DNA of 64,000 nt from Verrucomicrobiales bacterium (GCA_038139415.1 JAYOSV010000003.1:84700-148699), one strand, 5' to 3'. Shown: positions 48,132 to 57,959, counted from the stretch's first letter. The notes: a model not told the origin generated them from the letters alone. Numbers and translations: made by a program.

Positions 48132-49649
48132 ATGAGCGTACTTACACGGATTTGGCTGCCCGCAACGGTGTTTGCGGTGTTTCTTTTGGCGTTGTTCAAT
48201 CGCCAAGAGTTAGTCGATCGGTTTCTGGAAAACGCCAACTTCCTCACGCGCAATTTCGTCGAGTACGGCGTGCAAATTGGCGTGTGGTTGAGCGCGGCGT
48301 TTTTGATAAACCGGTTGGTTGGCGTGCTGTTTTGGGACGGCTTTATCGGCCGGCTCTCGGACCGGCCTGTGCCGCGCCTGCCGCGTGACCTCACCGCGAT
48401 GGTGCTCTTCAGCGTCGCCGTGCTGGCGATCATCTCCACCGTTTTTCAACGCGACGTCACCAGCATGCTCGCCGCCTCCGGCGTGCTCGGTGTGATCATT
48501 GGCCTCGCCCTGCGCACAGTGATTCTCGATCTTTTCATGGGCCTGGCCATTCACATCGAGCGACCGTTCAAGATCGGCGACTGGCTGATGATCCACCAGA
48601 ACCGTGTGGAGACCCACATTATCGCCGAGGTCATCGAGATCAACTGGCGCACCACGCGGCTGCGCACCACGCGCAACAACATGGTCGTGGTGCCCAACAG
48701 CAAAATGGGCGACACCATCGTCACCAACTATATGGAGCCCAAACCGCACTTCCGGATTGATCTCGATTTCACCATCGATTTCGAGGTGCCGAGTGAGCGG
48801 GTGTTGCGCGTGATGACCGCCGGTCTCAAGGCCGTGGCCGATGGCGAAGGCATCCTCGAAGATCCCGCCGCCGAGGTGCGCATCAAGGATTCCACTCTCG
48901 AAGGTGCCGAGTACGAAGTTCGCTTCTTCATCCTGCCCGCCAAGATTTCCCCGAACGAAGCGCGTCACGTGGTGAACCGCAGTGTGCTCGAGCACCTTAT
49001 CCATTCCGGCATCACTCCCGCCCATGCCAAGGAGGAGATCTTCCTGCAACGCCGCGAACGCCGCGCGCTCGATGCTTCTCTCGACGAGGATTTGTACCAG
49101 CTCCTCACCCGCACCGAGTTGTTCCGTAAGCTTAACGCCGCCGAATTCGCCGCTGTGTTCCGCGAGATGCGCAAACGCGACCTCGCCGAGGGCGAGACAC
49201 TGTATGCGCAGGGCGATGCCGGAGATTCCATGTTCATCTGCGTGGAAGGCCTTCTCGCCAGCGCCATCACCGTGCGCGGGCAGGGCGAGGTGAAGGTGGA
49301 AACGCTGCGGGCCGGCCAGCATTTCGGCGAAGGCTCCATCTTCAAGGCCACCAGCCGCTCCACCACCGTTACCGCCGAGGCTGATTCACTTGTGTACGAG
49401 ATCGAACGCCACGTCATTGAGCCGCTGCTCGATGTGCGGCTGGATCTTCGCGAACAGTTGAAGAAGGGCCTCAAGCAGCAGACCGACCGCATCAAGGACA
49501 GCTGGAAGGAAGCCCGGCGCAAGAAAGCCGAGGATCAATCCAAGAAAACCGTGCGCAAATCGCCGGTTAAGAAGGTCGTGCAGGCCTTCTTCCCCGGCAT
49601 GTTCGAGGGCGCTAAAGAATCGCAGGAGAAATCAACCAATGAAAAATAG
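48132..49649 (+). CDS. MscS-family channel with C-terminal cyclic-nucleotide-binding domain
   Basis: N-terminal TM helices; IIGLALR..LF.G...IERPFKIGDW, EINWRTT, VVVPNS; cNMP domain LYAQGDAGDSMF...GQHFGE...R.TTVTA. Confidence 0.9.
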   Translation: MSVLTRIWLPATVFAVFLLALFNRQELVDRFLENANFLTRNFVEYGVQIGVWLSAAFLINRLVGVLFWDGFIGRLSDRPVPRLPRDLTAMVLFSVAVLAIISTVFQRDVTSMLAASGVLGVIIGLALRTVILDLFMGLAIHIERPFKIGDWLMIHQNRVETHIIAEVIEINWRTTRLRTTRNNMVVVPNSKMGDTIVTNYMEPKPHFRIDLDFTIDFEVPSERVLRVMTAGLKAVADGEGILEDPAAEVRIKDSTLEGAEYEVRFFILPAKISPNEARHVVNRSVLEHLIHSGITPAHAKEEIFLQRRERRALDASLDEDLYQLLTRTELFRKLNAAEFAAVFREMRKRDLAEGETLYAQGDAGDSMFICVEGLLASAITVRGQGEVKVETLRAGQHFGEGSIFKATSRSTTVTAEADSLVYEIERHVIEPLLDVRLDLREQLKKGLKQQTDRIKDSWKEARRKKAEDQSKKTVRKSPVKKVVQAFFPGMFEGAKESQEKSTNEK

Positions 49650-51789
49650 GATCAACCGCAGCCATCTCAAGGCCATTGTTCTGGCCGTCATCCTCGCTGC
49701 CGCTGCCTTAGCCAAGGCCCAGTCGGCCGCGCCATCCACAGGGAGCCGCGTGAAGCCCTGGCTGAAGAATGCTCTGAGCGAACTCTCCAATCTGCCGGGT
49801 GCCGGCACGGCCAATACTAATGTGGTCGTGGCTTCGCGACGCATTACCCTCAGCTACATTGATCCGGCGCGTGCCGTGCAAATGCTCGCCCTGCACGGCG
49901 TTACGATTGGCAAGCCCGAAGCAGCCGTGGACCCAGCCCAGTTACCGGTAGTGTTGGCATTGCCCGGGACGACTAATCTCGAGACCATTCCCAAGGCCGA
50001 AGATAAATTTCCCCAAACAGAAACCGATCCAGCCAACGAACTGGTCGTTTTTCATAACGAGAATGATCCCGCCCAACTCAGCGGCGTGCTTTCGACACTG
50101 GAGAAACATGTGGATCTCCCCGCGCGCCAGATCATCATCGAGGCCATGGTGCTGGAGATTTCCTCCACGGCCCTTAAAGAGATAGGCGTGAAATGGTCGC
50201 GCAGCGGAAACGGGGGAGGGAGTGCCATCACCGATCACACCAGTGCCCTGACGATCGGCACGCTCAAGTATCCGACCTCCGCTTCGGTCGAGGCGTTGAA
50301 TCTAACCACGAAGAGCGTTTTCCACAGCATCAACACTCAGATCAAGGCGCTTGTGGCGGAAGGCGAGGCGGAGATTCTCTCGCGGCCGAGTGTGTTGGCG
50401 CTGGATAACCGTATGGCGTACATCAATGTTTCGGAGGATATCCCTGTGGCCAACACCTCGTATGCCCCCGGCAACAATTATCAACGCACCAGTTTTGAAA
50501 CCAAAAAGGCCGGCATCTCGCTGACGCTGCGCCCGCGCGTGAGCAGTAATGGCGAGGAGGTCAGTATGCAGGTCAACGCTGAGGTCACCGCCAAGGTGCC
50601 TGATTCGGATGTGCAGGTATTGGGCGGAGCCGGTGGCACAACAGTGCTGGCAAGTGCGCCTACTATTTCCAAACGCGAAGTGAAGACCTACGCCCGCGTG
50701 TCCAACAACACGCCGTTTATCATCGGTGGCCTGATCGCCAAGGATAAGCAAAGTAAGGTGGAGAAGGTACCGTTGCTCGGTAGTTTGCCGATTTTGGGGC
50801 CGCTATTTCAAAGCAGTAAAAATAACACTGTGAAACGCGAAGTGATCATCGTGCTCACACCGTTTGTCCTGCCGGAGGAACATGTGATCGGCAAAAATAT
50901 GCCGATGGATGAGGATAATTTCGACAGCGTCGGTCATCAATTGTTCCGCGATGCCTACCGGATCCGCGCTGAAGACACCTTTGACCTAAATTACCTCTAC
51001 GAAAACAAACAGCTTCAACGCATGAAACAACTGGCCGATCGGATCGTGGCCGGTAATCGCCCGTTGGCCACCGAATATCCCTACCGGCATTTCTACGGCA
51101 AGGCCGTGCCGGGCGAGAGTATCCTGTGTTACCGCCAGATTTATGAGGTGCTTAAGCGGCGCGACCTCCAGAAGAATCTCGATGAAACCAAGATCATCTT
51201 TTTCGAGGCCGATGAAAACATTCAATCCGGCCATCGCGTGCAGTTTCTGGACGCCTTCCTGCGCGCTAAGGCGCCGGCGGTTTTAACCGATCAAGGCGGG
51301 CAACAGGCCGTGGCTTTGACCTATACCATGCAGCGTTTTTCGGATGACCCGGCTTCCATTTTTAATGAACCGACTCCATCCGTACAGTTGTTGAATTGCT
51401 CGAATGAAAAGGAATGGAGCCAAAAGCTTTGGGAACTGAACCGACCTACGGCCGAGCAGCAAGAGCAATACACTGTACTGTTGCGTCGCAAAAAGGATGT
51501 GGAACGTCTCAAGTACGCCATCTTGATGAAGAAGACGGTGGAGATGAACACCGAAAAACTCGTCTTGAGCCTGAGCAATTTTACCCGCGGGCGCCTGCTG
51601 CTCATGCCGCGTGTCACGCCCAAGGATATCGAACTGGTCGATGGTGATGTCGCTCGCGCGTTTTTCTATTCGGAGATGTATTATCAGGCCCTGCAGGTGG
51701 AGATGGAAAAAGACATCGCCGCCTTCCGGAAAGTCATCGAGGAGAAGGATCATTTGAAACAACTGATAACCCCCGCGCCGCGTCCTTGA
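49639..51789 (+). CDS. Secretin (GspD/PilQ superfamily) with a short N-region and ~300 aa C-terminal extension
   Basis: RQIIIEAMVLE, AEILSRPSV, GISLTLRPRV, IIGGLI, KVPLLGSLPILGPLF, REVIIVLTPFVL ending at about aa 411 of 716. Confidence 0.85.
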   Translation: MKNRINRSHLKAIVLAVILAAAALAKAQSAAPSTGSRVKPWLKNALSELSNLPGAGTANTNVVVASRRITLSYIDPARAVQMLALHGVTIGKPEAAVDPAQLPVVLALPGTTNLETIPKAEDKFPQTETDPANELVVFHNENDPAQLSGVLSTLEKHVDLPARQIIIEAMVLEISSTALKEIGVKWSRSGNGGGSAITDHTSALTIGTLKYPTSASVEALNLTTKSVFHSINTQIKALVAEGEAEILSRPSVLALDNRMAYINVSEDIPVANTSYAPGNNYQRTSFETKKAGISLTLRPRVSSNGEEVSMQVNAEVTAKVPDSDVQVLGGAGGTTVLASAPTISKREVKTYARVSNNTPFIIGGLIAKDKQSKVEKVPLLGSLPILGPLFQSSKNNTVKREVIIVLTPFVLPEEHVIGKNMPMDEDNFDSVGHQLFRDAYRIRAEDTFDLNYLYENKQLQRMKQLADRIVAGNRPLATEYPYRHFYGKAVPGESILCYRQIYEVLKRRDLQKNLDETKIIFFEADENIQSGHRVQFLDAFLRAKAPAVLTDQGGQQAVALTYTMQRFSDDPASIFNEPTPSVQLLNCSNEKEWSQKLWELNRPTAEQQEQYTVLLRRKKDVERLKYAILMKKTVEMNTEKLVLSLSNFTRGRLLLMPRVTPKDIELVDGDVARAFFYSEMYYQALQVEMEKDIAAFRKVIEEKDHLKQLITPAPRP

Positions 51790-51811
51790 GCGGCCGGAAC
51801 AAAGGAATAAC

Positions 51812-53758
51812 ATGAAAGATCAAAAACCATTCATAATTGGACTCGGGCTAGGTGTCCTGATCATCGCTGGGATTGCGTTGACCAAGCCCAAGCAACCCAA
51901 GAAGGCAACGGCTCCTGCGGCCCTTAAGCCATCGCAAGTCCTCAGCAAACCCAAGCCGGAAGAAAAGTCGACGTCCAAGCCCAAGTCGGAGGTGTCCGAA
52001 ATCGATTCCGAACCCAAATCAACCGAGGCTTCCGTCATGGCATTGATTGATGCCGTGGACGAACCGGCTGGGAAAATCCGTGTGCTCACCGGCATTGCCC
52101 TCAGCCATCTGAAAGCCAGCAAAGACGCGGCTCCGTTGCTTGAGGCGTTGTTGGAGCAGTTCGAGGCGTTGGCGGATGATGCCGCCCGCCGCGAGGCACT
52201 GGCCGAAGTGACTGAGGAATTTTCCGAGCTGACGGAGCATGAAGCCCTCGCTGATTTCCAGATCGCCTTGGTGGAGCTGGAGCAGGCACTGAATCCCGGC
52301 CCGACTCCAGCCGGAAAACTCATCGCTGGCATCGAAGCTCCCACACAACGCATCAAAGCCCTCGCTCAAATTGCCACCGCCTTGCACGCGGCGGGTCAGG
52401 CTGAATTATCCCAAACCCTAATGGAGCAGGCCGGCACGGAAACAGCCGCGTTGGAAGAACTCAACGAATTGCTCACCGCCAACACAGCGATGGCCATCGC
52501 CCAAATGAACATGAGCCAACCTGAGGCCGCCAAGCAAATCGAGACGCTGGTCACCAAGATTTCCGCGCTGGAAACCAGCGAAGACCAACTGGCTGCCTAC
52601 GAAAAACTCACCCGCGAACTCGCTCCTTGGGCCACACAGAAAATCGTGGCGGCGCAGTTGGAGCGCATTCAGGCTTCTGTGCTCCAGCTCCATTATCAGG
52701 CCGATCCCGTTTTGCGGCTGGTCAGCGGCGTGGAGGATCCCAGCGGACGCGTGCGCGTATTGTGCAATTTGGCCGGCACTCTGGCGTTGACCGGTGATCT
52801 CGAGCAATCCGCCGCCATGCTTGCCAAGGCGCAGGAGATTACCAAGGACTTGGAGACACCCGGCCAATTGGCGCCGGCATTGACTCATCTGGCCGCCGCC
52901 CAATCATTGGTCGGACGAGGCGAAGAAGCCAAGACGACTTTGGCCAAGGCGATGGAAACCGTGGATGGCATCCAGTCCGTTGATGAACAAACCGCCGCCC
53001 TCGGTGCGTTGGTGGCCGCGGTGGAATCCATGGACAATGTCGATCACATGGAAACGGTGTTGGCTCAATCGCTTAAGACGGCCACAGCCATTCAGCATCA
53101 AGCCCAGTCGGTCATGCAGCAATCATTGCGGCTCATCAACCGTCTACCTGCCGGTGAACAAAAAGCCGAGGCATTAGAGCAGATCGCCTTGGCCATTGAG
53201 CAGGGTGGGGCCGGACAGTTCGCCGAATTGCAGTTTGAATTGGCTACCCTCCATCACGAAGGGCGCCACTTGCCGAAGGATGCCTCACGCGCCGCAAAAT
53301 GGTATCGCCAAGCCGCCCTCGGAGGGCATGCCTCAGCTCAGCTGAATTTGGCCGTGATGTTGCTCGAAGGGGAGGGCGGTGCGGCCGATCCATCCGAAGC
53401 TTTCAAGTGGTTGACCGCCGCCGCGGGGCAGGGCCATGCCGGTGGACAAGTGGCCTTGGGCATGATGCTGGCTCTGGGGCAAGGCGTGGAGGCGGATCTC
53501 GTGGAGGCGCATAAGTGGGTGACGCTTTCGTCCAAGAGCGGCAATGAAGATGCCGCCGCCGCGCTGGAACAACTCGCACCCAAGCTATCCGACGATCAAC
53601 TCGCTCAATCTGCTCAACGAGTCGAAGCCTGGGAAGCGAGCCAAACCCAGTCGCCCAGCACACCGGTTCCCACGCCTCCAGCAGAACCGATATCGCCCAC
53701 CGAACCGACTGAGCCCGCAGGTCAAGAGGCGCCCCCCACCACCACCGCAGGTAAATAA
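51812..53758 (+). CDS. Membrane-anchored helical-repeat protein with C-terminal Sel1 repeats
   Basis: N-terminal TM; Lys/Pro/Ser linker; Ala/Leu/Glu helical repeats; AAKWYRQAALGGHASAQLNLA, AFKWLTAAAGQGH, EAHKW; Pro/Thr tail. Confidence 0.8.
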   Translation: MKDQKPFIIGLGLGVLIIAGIALTKPKQPKKATAPAALKPSQVLSKPKPEEKSTSKPKSEVSEIDSEPKSTEASVMALIDAVDEPAGKIRVLTGIALSHLKASKDAAPLLEALLEQFEALADDAARREALAEVTEEFSELTEHEALADFQIALVELEQALNPGPTPAGKLIAGIEAPTQRIKALAQIATALHAAGQAELSQTLMEQAGTETAALEELNELLTANTAMAIAQMNMSQPEAAKQIETLVTKISALETSEDQLAAYEKLTRELAPWATQKIVAAQLERIQASVLQLHYQADPVLRLVSGVEDPSGRVRVLCNLAGTLALTGDLEQSAAMLAKAQEITKDLETPGQLAPALTHLAAAQSLVGRGEEAKTTLAKAMETVDGIQSVDEQTAALGALVAAVESMDNVDHMETVLAQSLKTATAIQHQAQSVMQQSLRLINRLPAGEQKAEALEQIALAIEQGGAGQFAELQFELATLHHEGRHLPKDASRAAKWYRQAALGGHASAQLNLAVMLLEGEGGAADPSEAFKWLTAAAGQGHAGGQVALGMMLALGQGVEADLVEAHKWVTLSSKSGNEDAAAALEQLAPKLSDDQLAQSAQRVEAWEASQTQSPSTPVPTPPAEPISPTEPTEPAGQEAPPTTTAGK

Positions 53759-53809
53759 CCCACAAAAACAGGGCCCGAAAACTTTTTTCAAAAAAGTACC
53801 CGCAACCCC

Positions 53810-53851
53810 TTGACAAGTTACGTATGCGTATTAATTTGTACGCGTACGTAA
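53810..53851 (+). promoter_or_regulatory. sigma70-like promoter overlapped by a 13-8-13 palindrome (candidate operator)
   Basis: TTGACA 53810-53815 and TAATTT 53832-53837; TTACGTATGCGTA-N8-TACGCGTACGTAA with one mismatch. Confidence 0.6.
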
Positions 53852-53890
53852 TAACGTGCCTGTGTCTAAATCTTCGAATTAATAAAAGAA

Positions 53891-54142
53891 ATGAAACACA
53901 AAATCGCGATGATGCTCCTTGTGCCGGCTTTGATGGTTGGTGCGATTGGTTGTGCGGGGCCCAGTAATCATACCGAGCGTGGTGCCGCCACGGGCGTGGT
54001 GCTAGGCGGATTGGCCGGGGCGGTGATCGGCCATAACAAGAACCGGCGTGGAGCCGAAGGCGCGGCCATTGGCGCCGTGGTTGGCGGCCTTTTGGGCGGT
54101 GCCGTGGGCAATCAGCAGGATAAGAACGCCGGCTACAAATAA
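53891..54142 (+). CDS. Glycine-zipper lipoprotein
   Basis: Lipobox-like AIGC; GAATGVVLGGLAGAVIG / GAAIGAVVGGLLGGAVG. Confidence 0.85.
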   Translation: MKHKIAMMLLVPALMVGAIGCAGPSNHTERGAATGVVLGGLAGAVIGHNKNRRGAEGAAIGAVVGGLLGGAVGNQQDKNAGYK

Positions 54143-54175
54143 ACCTTCCCATTTTTCTTGGTTGGTTCTCCAAAC

Positions 54176-54208
54176 ACCCCGACGGCCTTCGGATCGGCGG
54201 GTTTTTTG
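54176..54208 (+). terminator. Probable Rho-independent terminator
   Basis: Imperfect GC stem CCCGACGGCC-TTCG-GATCGGCGGG followed by T6. Confidence 0.55.
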
Positions 54209-54254
54209 GGTCAAATGCCATTGACGCGGCGTCGAGGGTTTGCGGCAATGGGGC

Positions 54255-55223
54255 ATGCGGATTTTTTCGATACTTATAGCGGGTGCGGTGACTCTGGCGG
54301 CGGCGGACTTCAAACCGACGGCTCAGGATTCCATCGTGGCCAAGGAGGCTAAGGCGGAGTTAGTGTGGGCTGCAGGAAGTTTTACCGAGGGACCGACCTT
54401 GGGGCCGAAGGGCGTGATCTTTTTTTCGGATATCGGAATGCGCACAATGCGTTTTGATCCGGCCAGTGGCAAGACCACCGTGTTCCGCGAACCGAGCGGC
54501 AAGGCCAATGGACTAATGATGGATCGCAAGGGCAACCTGATCGCCTGCGAGGGCGCCCATGGTGGCGGCCGGCGTGTGAGTCTCACCACGCTGAAGGGCA
54601 AGACGCGGACGATTGTTGATCGCTGGCAGGGCAAGCGCTTCAATTCGCCCAACGATCTGGCGATTGATGCGAAGAACCGCATTTACTTTACAGACCCGCG
54701 CTATGGGGGTGGCGATGATCGTGACCTGGATTTCGAGGGCGTATTTTTGATCACCGGCAAAAAGGTAAAGCTGGCTACCAAGAAAATCTCGCGGCCCAAC
54801 GGCATTCTCGTGTCGCTCGATGGCAAAAAAGTGTACGTGGCGGACAACCACAGCGATGCCAAGGGCAATCATCATCTGGTGCAATTCGATGTGCAACAGG
54901 ACGGTACCCTGACGAATAAGAAAATCCTCTTCGACATTGGGCCCGATCGCCGCGGCATTGACGGTATGACGCTGGATGAGAACGGTAACATTTACGCCAC
55001 CGCCGGTCGCGGCGAGTTTTCTGGCATTTACGTGTTTTCGCCCACCGGTAAGCAGCTGGCCATGATCCCCACCGGTGACACGCCGACCAATTGCGTCTTC
55101 GGAGGCGGCAAAGAGAAGAGCACGCTGTATGTCACCGCGCGTGCTCCCGTGGTTTCCGGTAAGGCGATATGGGGGCTGTATCGCATTCCCCTGAGGGTGA
55201 AGGGGCATCACATTTACGAATAA
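54255..55223 (+). CDS. SMP-30/gluconolactonase family protein
   Basis: FTEGP, FSDI, ANG, FNSPND, YFTDP, PNG, DGMTLD, TNCVFGG. Confidence 0.9.
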   Translation: MRIFSILIAGAVTLAAADFKPTAQDSIVAKEAKAELVWAAGSFTEGPTLGPKGVIFFSDIGMRTMRFDPASGKTTVFREPSGKANGLMMDRKGNLIACEGAHGGGRRVSLTTLKGKTRTIVDRWQGKRFNSPNDLAIDAKNRIYFTDPRYGGGDDRDLDFEGVFLITGKKVKLATKKISRPNGILVSLDGKKVYVADNHSDAKGNHHLVQFDVQQDGTLTNKKILFDIGPDRRGIDGMTLDENGNIYATAGRGEFSGIYVFSPTGKQLAMIPTGDTPTNCVFGGGKEKSTLYVTARAPVVSGKAIWGLYRIPLRVKGHHIYE

Positions 55224-56047
55224 TGGCCGGACAGAATTTCGACATCCTGCCCGACATTTCCACGGAGGATCGCGATCTGCGCTTTCGGCCTGTGGAAAAC
55301 TCCGCGCCCGCCACGCTAACGTCGGGGCAGATCACGCACTTCAACGAGCAGGGCTACGTCGCGCCCGTGCCGATTTTCGATAATGAGGAAATCACCGAAC
55401 TGCGCGTGTACTTCGATGATCTCCTGACGCGCACGCTGGCAGCTGGTGGCAACAGTTACAGCATTAGTTCCGCACATCTGGAGCACGGCCGCGTGCATGA
55501 TATCTTGTCCGACTCGCGCATTGTCGCTGCCGTCAAAGATCTGATCGGCGATGATGTTATCGGTTGGGGTTCGCATTTCTTCTGCAAAATGCCCGGGGAC
55601 GGTAAGGCGGTGGCGTGGCATCAGGACGCCAGTTACTGGCCGCTCACGCCCAGCCGCACCGTGACCGTTTGGCTGGCCATTGATGATGCCGATGCGGGAA
55701 ACGCCTGCATGCGGTTCCTCGCCGGATCGCATCATCATGGCCATCTCACCTGGCGCGATAGCACGCCGGAGGAGCATAACGTGCTCAATCAAACAGTTGA
55801 AAACGCCGAGCAATACGGCACGCCGGTCGATGACTGCCTGCGAGCCGGCGAAGTGTCCATCCACAGCGATCTGCTATTACATGGCTCCAACGCCAACGCC
55901 TCCAACCGTCGCCGCTGCGGTCTCACCCTGCGCTATGCCCCGGCCTACGTCCGCGCCGCCCAGGGCTGGAACGCCAAGGGCGTGATTCTCAGTGGCCGCG
56001 ATGCGGATGCCCACTGGGGTAATCCGCCGCGTCCGGCGCAGGATTAG
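55223..56047 (+). CDS. Phytanoyl-CoA dioxygenase (PhyH) family Fe(II)/2OG dioxygenase
   Basis: WHQDASYW, VWLAIDD, GSH, LHGS.AN.S..RR. TAATG coupling. Confidence 0.9.
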   Translation: MAGQNFDILPDISTEDRDLRFRPVENSAPATLTSGQITHFNEQGYVAPVPIFDNEEITELRVYFDDLLTRTLAAGGNSYSISSAHLEHGRVHDILSDSRIVAAVKDLIGDDVIGWGSHFFCKMPGDGKAVAWHQDASYWPLTPSRTVTVWLAIDDADAGNACMRFLAGSHHHGHLTWRDSTPEEHNVLNQTVENAEQYGTPVDDCLRAGEVSIHSDLLLHGSNANASNRRRCGLTLRYAPAYVRAAQGWNAKGVILSGRDADAHWGNPPRPAQD

Positions 56048-56099
56048 CGGGATTGCCAAGGGGGCCGGCTTTCGGCACAGTGCGCGCGTTATTCCATTC

Positions 56100-57959
56100 A
56101 TGAAAATAATGCGCGTATTTCTGTTGGGCTTGGTCGTGGCGTTTGGCGCCGTGGCGGAGCAGAAGCTGCCGAATATTCTCTGGATTACCTCCGAAGATAA
56201 CGGGCCGCAACTGGGTTGTTATGGTGATCAATATTCCAAGTCACCCAACCTGGATGCGCTGGCGTCGAAGGGGATGCTTTATCTGAATTGCTGGTCCACT
56301 GCGCCGGTGTGCGCGCCGGCTCGTACCACCTTGATCAGCGGACTGTATCCGCCGAGCACGGGCGCCGAGCACATGCGCAGCAATACCCGTCTGCCATCTC
56401 GGTTCAAGATGTACCCCGCTTACTTGCGTCAGGCCGGGTATTACTGCACCAACAATTCCAAGGAAGACTACAATCTCGGCAAGGAAGGGGAGGTGTGGAA
56501 TGAGAGTAGCCGCAAGGCGCATTGGAAAAACCGCGCCGGCGATCAGCCGTTTTTTGCGATCTTCAATCATACCATTAGCCACGAAAGCCAAATCCGAAAC
56601 AAGATTGATCCGAAGTTTACGATTCATGACCCCAAAAAGGTACGCGTGCCGGCGTATCATCCGGACACGCCCGAAGTGCGCAAGGATTGGGCGCAGTACT
56701 ACGATCGCATCACCATGATGGACGAACGCGCCGGGGCTAATCTCAAGGAGCTGGCCGAGGCCGGTTTGGCGGAAGACACGATCATCTTTTACTACGGCGA
56801 CCACGGCTCCGGCATGCCGCGCAGCAAACGGTGGCCGTACAACAGTGGCCTCAACGTGCCGCTCATCCTGTATGTGCCTGAGAAATGGAAGCACCTAGCC
56901 CCGGCCGATTACAAATCCGGCGGTCAGAGTGATCGGCTCGTGGGATTCATTGATTTTGCCCCCACGCTTCTGAGCCTCGCCGGCCAGAAACCACCCAAGC
57001 ACATGCAAGGCTATGCCTTCATGGGCAAACACGCCGCGCCTGAGCAGCCTTTCAACTACGGCTTCCGCGGTCGCATGGATGAACGGTACGACATGGTCCG
57101 CGTGGTACGCGACAAACGCCACATCTACATCCGGAATTACATGCCGCATAAAATTTACGGCCAATACATCAGCTATATGTTCGCCACGCCCACCACACGC
57201 ACCTGGCATGACCTGTATCACGCCGGCAAACTCAACACCGCCCAGGGGCGTTTTTGGGAAACCAAACCGGCCGAGGAATTGTATGATCTGGAGGCCGATC
57301 CCGATGAGGTAAACAACCTCGCCGGGTCCAAGGAACACGCCGCCATTCTCCAACGCCTGCGCACCGCGCAACAGGCCAAGGCCGTGGCCATTCGGGACAT
57401 CGGCTTTTTGCCCGAAGGCGAAATTCATAGCCGCGCCGGCGATCGCGCCCCGTACGACATGGGCCATAATCCCAAGCTCTACGCTATGGAACCTATCATG
57501 GCCGCCGCCGAACAAGCCTCCAGTCTCAAGCTCGAGGATACCCCGGCGCTGATTAAATTACTCAGCCATCAGGACAGCGCCGTGCGCTATTGGGCGGCCA
57601 TGGGGCTGCTGATGCGTGGAGAAAAGGCCGTGGTTCAGGGGCAGGGCGCATTACGCAAAGCGTTAGGCGATAAATCCACCGCCGTCGCCTGCACCGCCGC
57701 CGAAGCTCTTGGACGCTATGGCAAGGGCAAGGACGTGGCGTTGGCAGCGGAAACGCTGATCCAATACGGTGACGGTTCGAAGAACGATATCTTCACCGCC
57801 ATGCTGGCCCTGAACGGGCTCGATTACATGGACGAGCGCGCTGCAAAATACGCCGATCAAATCAAGGTCCTACCCAACAGCGCCGCCGTGACCCCCGGTC
57901 GCATGGGTGCCTACATCAAGAATCTCCTCGGTAAAATCAATGCCGACTTGGCAAAGTAG
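56100..57959 (+). CDS. Formylglycine-dependent sulfatase with C-terminal HEAT repeats
   Basis: PNILWITSED, CAPAR (CxPxR), GDHG, EELYDL..DP.E..NLA, AVRYWAA. Confidence 0.92.
   Translation: MKIMRVFLLGLVVAFGAVAEQKLPNILWITSEDNGPQLGCYGDQYSKSPNLDALASKGMLYLNCWSTAPVCAPARTTLISGLYPPSTGAEHMRSNTRLPSRFKMYPAYLRQAGYYCTNNSKEDYNLGKEGEVWNESSRKAHWKNRAGDQPFFAIFNHTISHESQIRNKIDPKFTIHDPKKVRVPAYHPDTPEVRKDWAQYYDRITMMDERAGANLKELAEAGLAEDTIIFYYGDHGSGMPRSKRWPYNSGLNVPLILYVPEKWKHLAPADYKSGGQSDRLVGFIDFAPTLLSLAGQKPPKHMQGYAFMGKHAAPEQPFNYGFRGRMDERYDMVRVVRDKRHIYIRNYMPHKIYGQYISYMFATPTTRTWHDLYHAGKLNTAQGRFWETKPAEELYDLEADPDEVNNLAGSKEHAAILQRLRTAQQAKAVAIRDIGFLPEGEIHSRAGDRAPYDMGHNPKLYAMEPIMAAAEQASSLKLEDTPALIKLLSHQDSAVRYWAAMGLLMRGEKAVVQGQGALRKALGDKSTAVACTAAEALGRYGKGKDVALAAETLIQYGDGSKNDIFTAMLALNGLDYMDERAAKYADQIKVLPNSAAVTPGRMGAYIKNLLGKINADLAK

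Noticed and set aside
49639..51789. Calling the secretin part of a T2SS/T4P cluster or a filamentous prophage
   Set aside because: No ATPase, pilins, platform protein, Zot-like ATPase or replication gene is present in the window.
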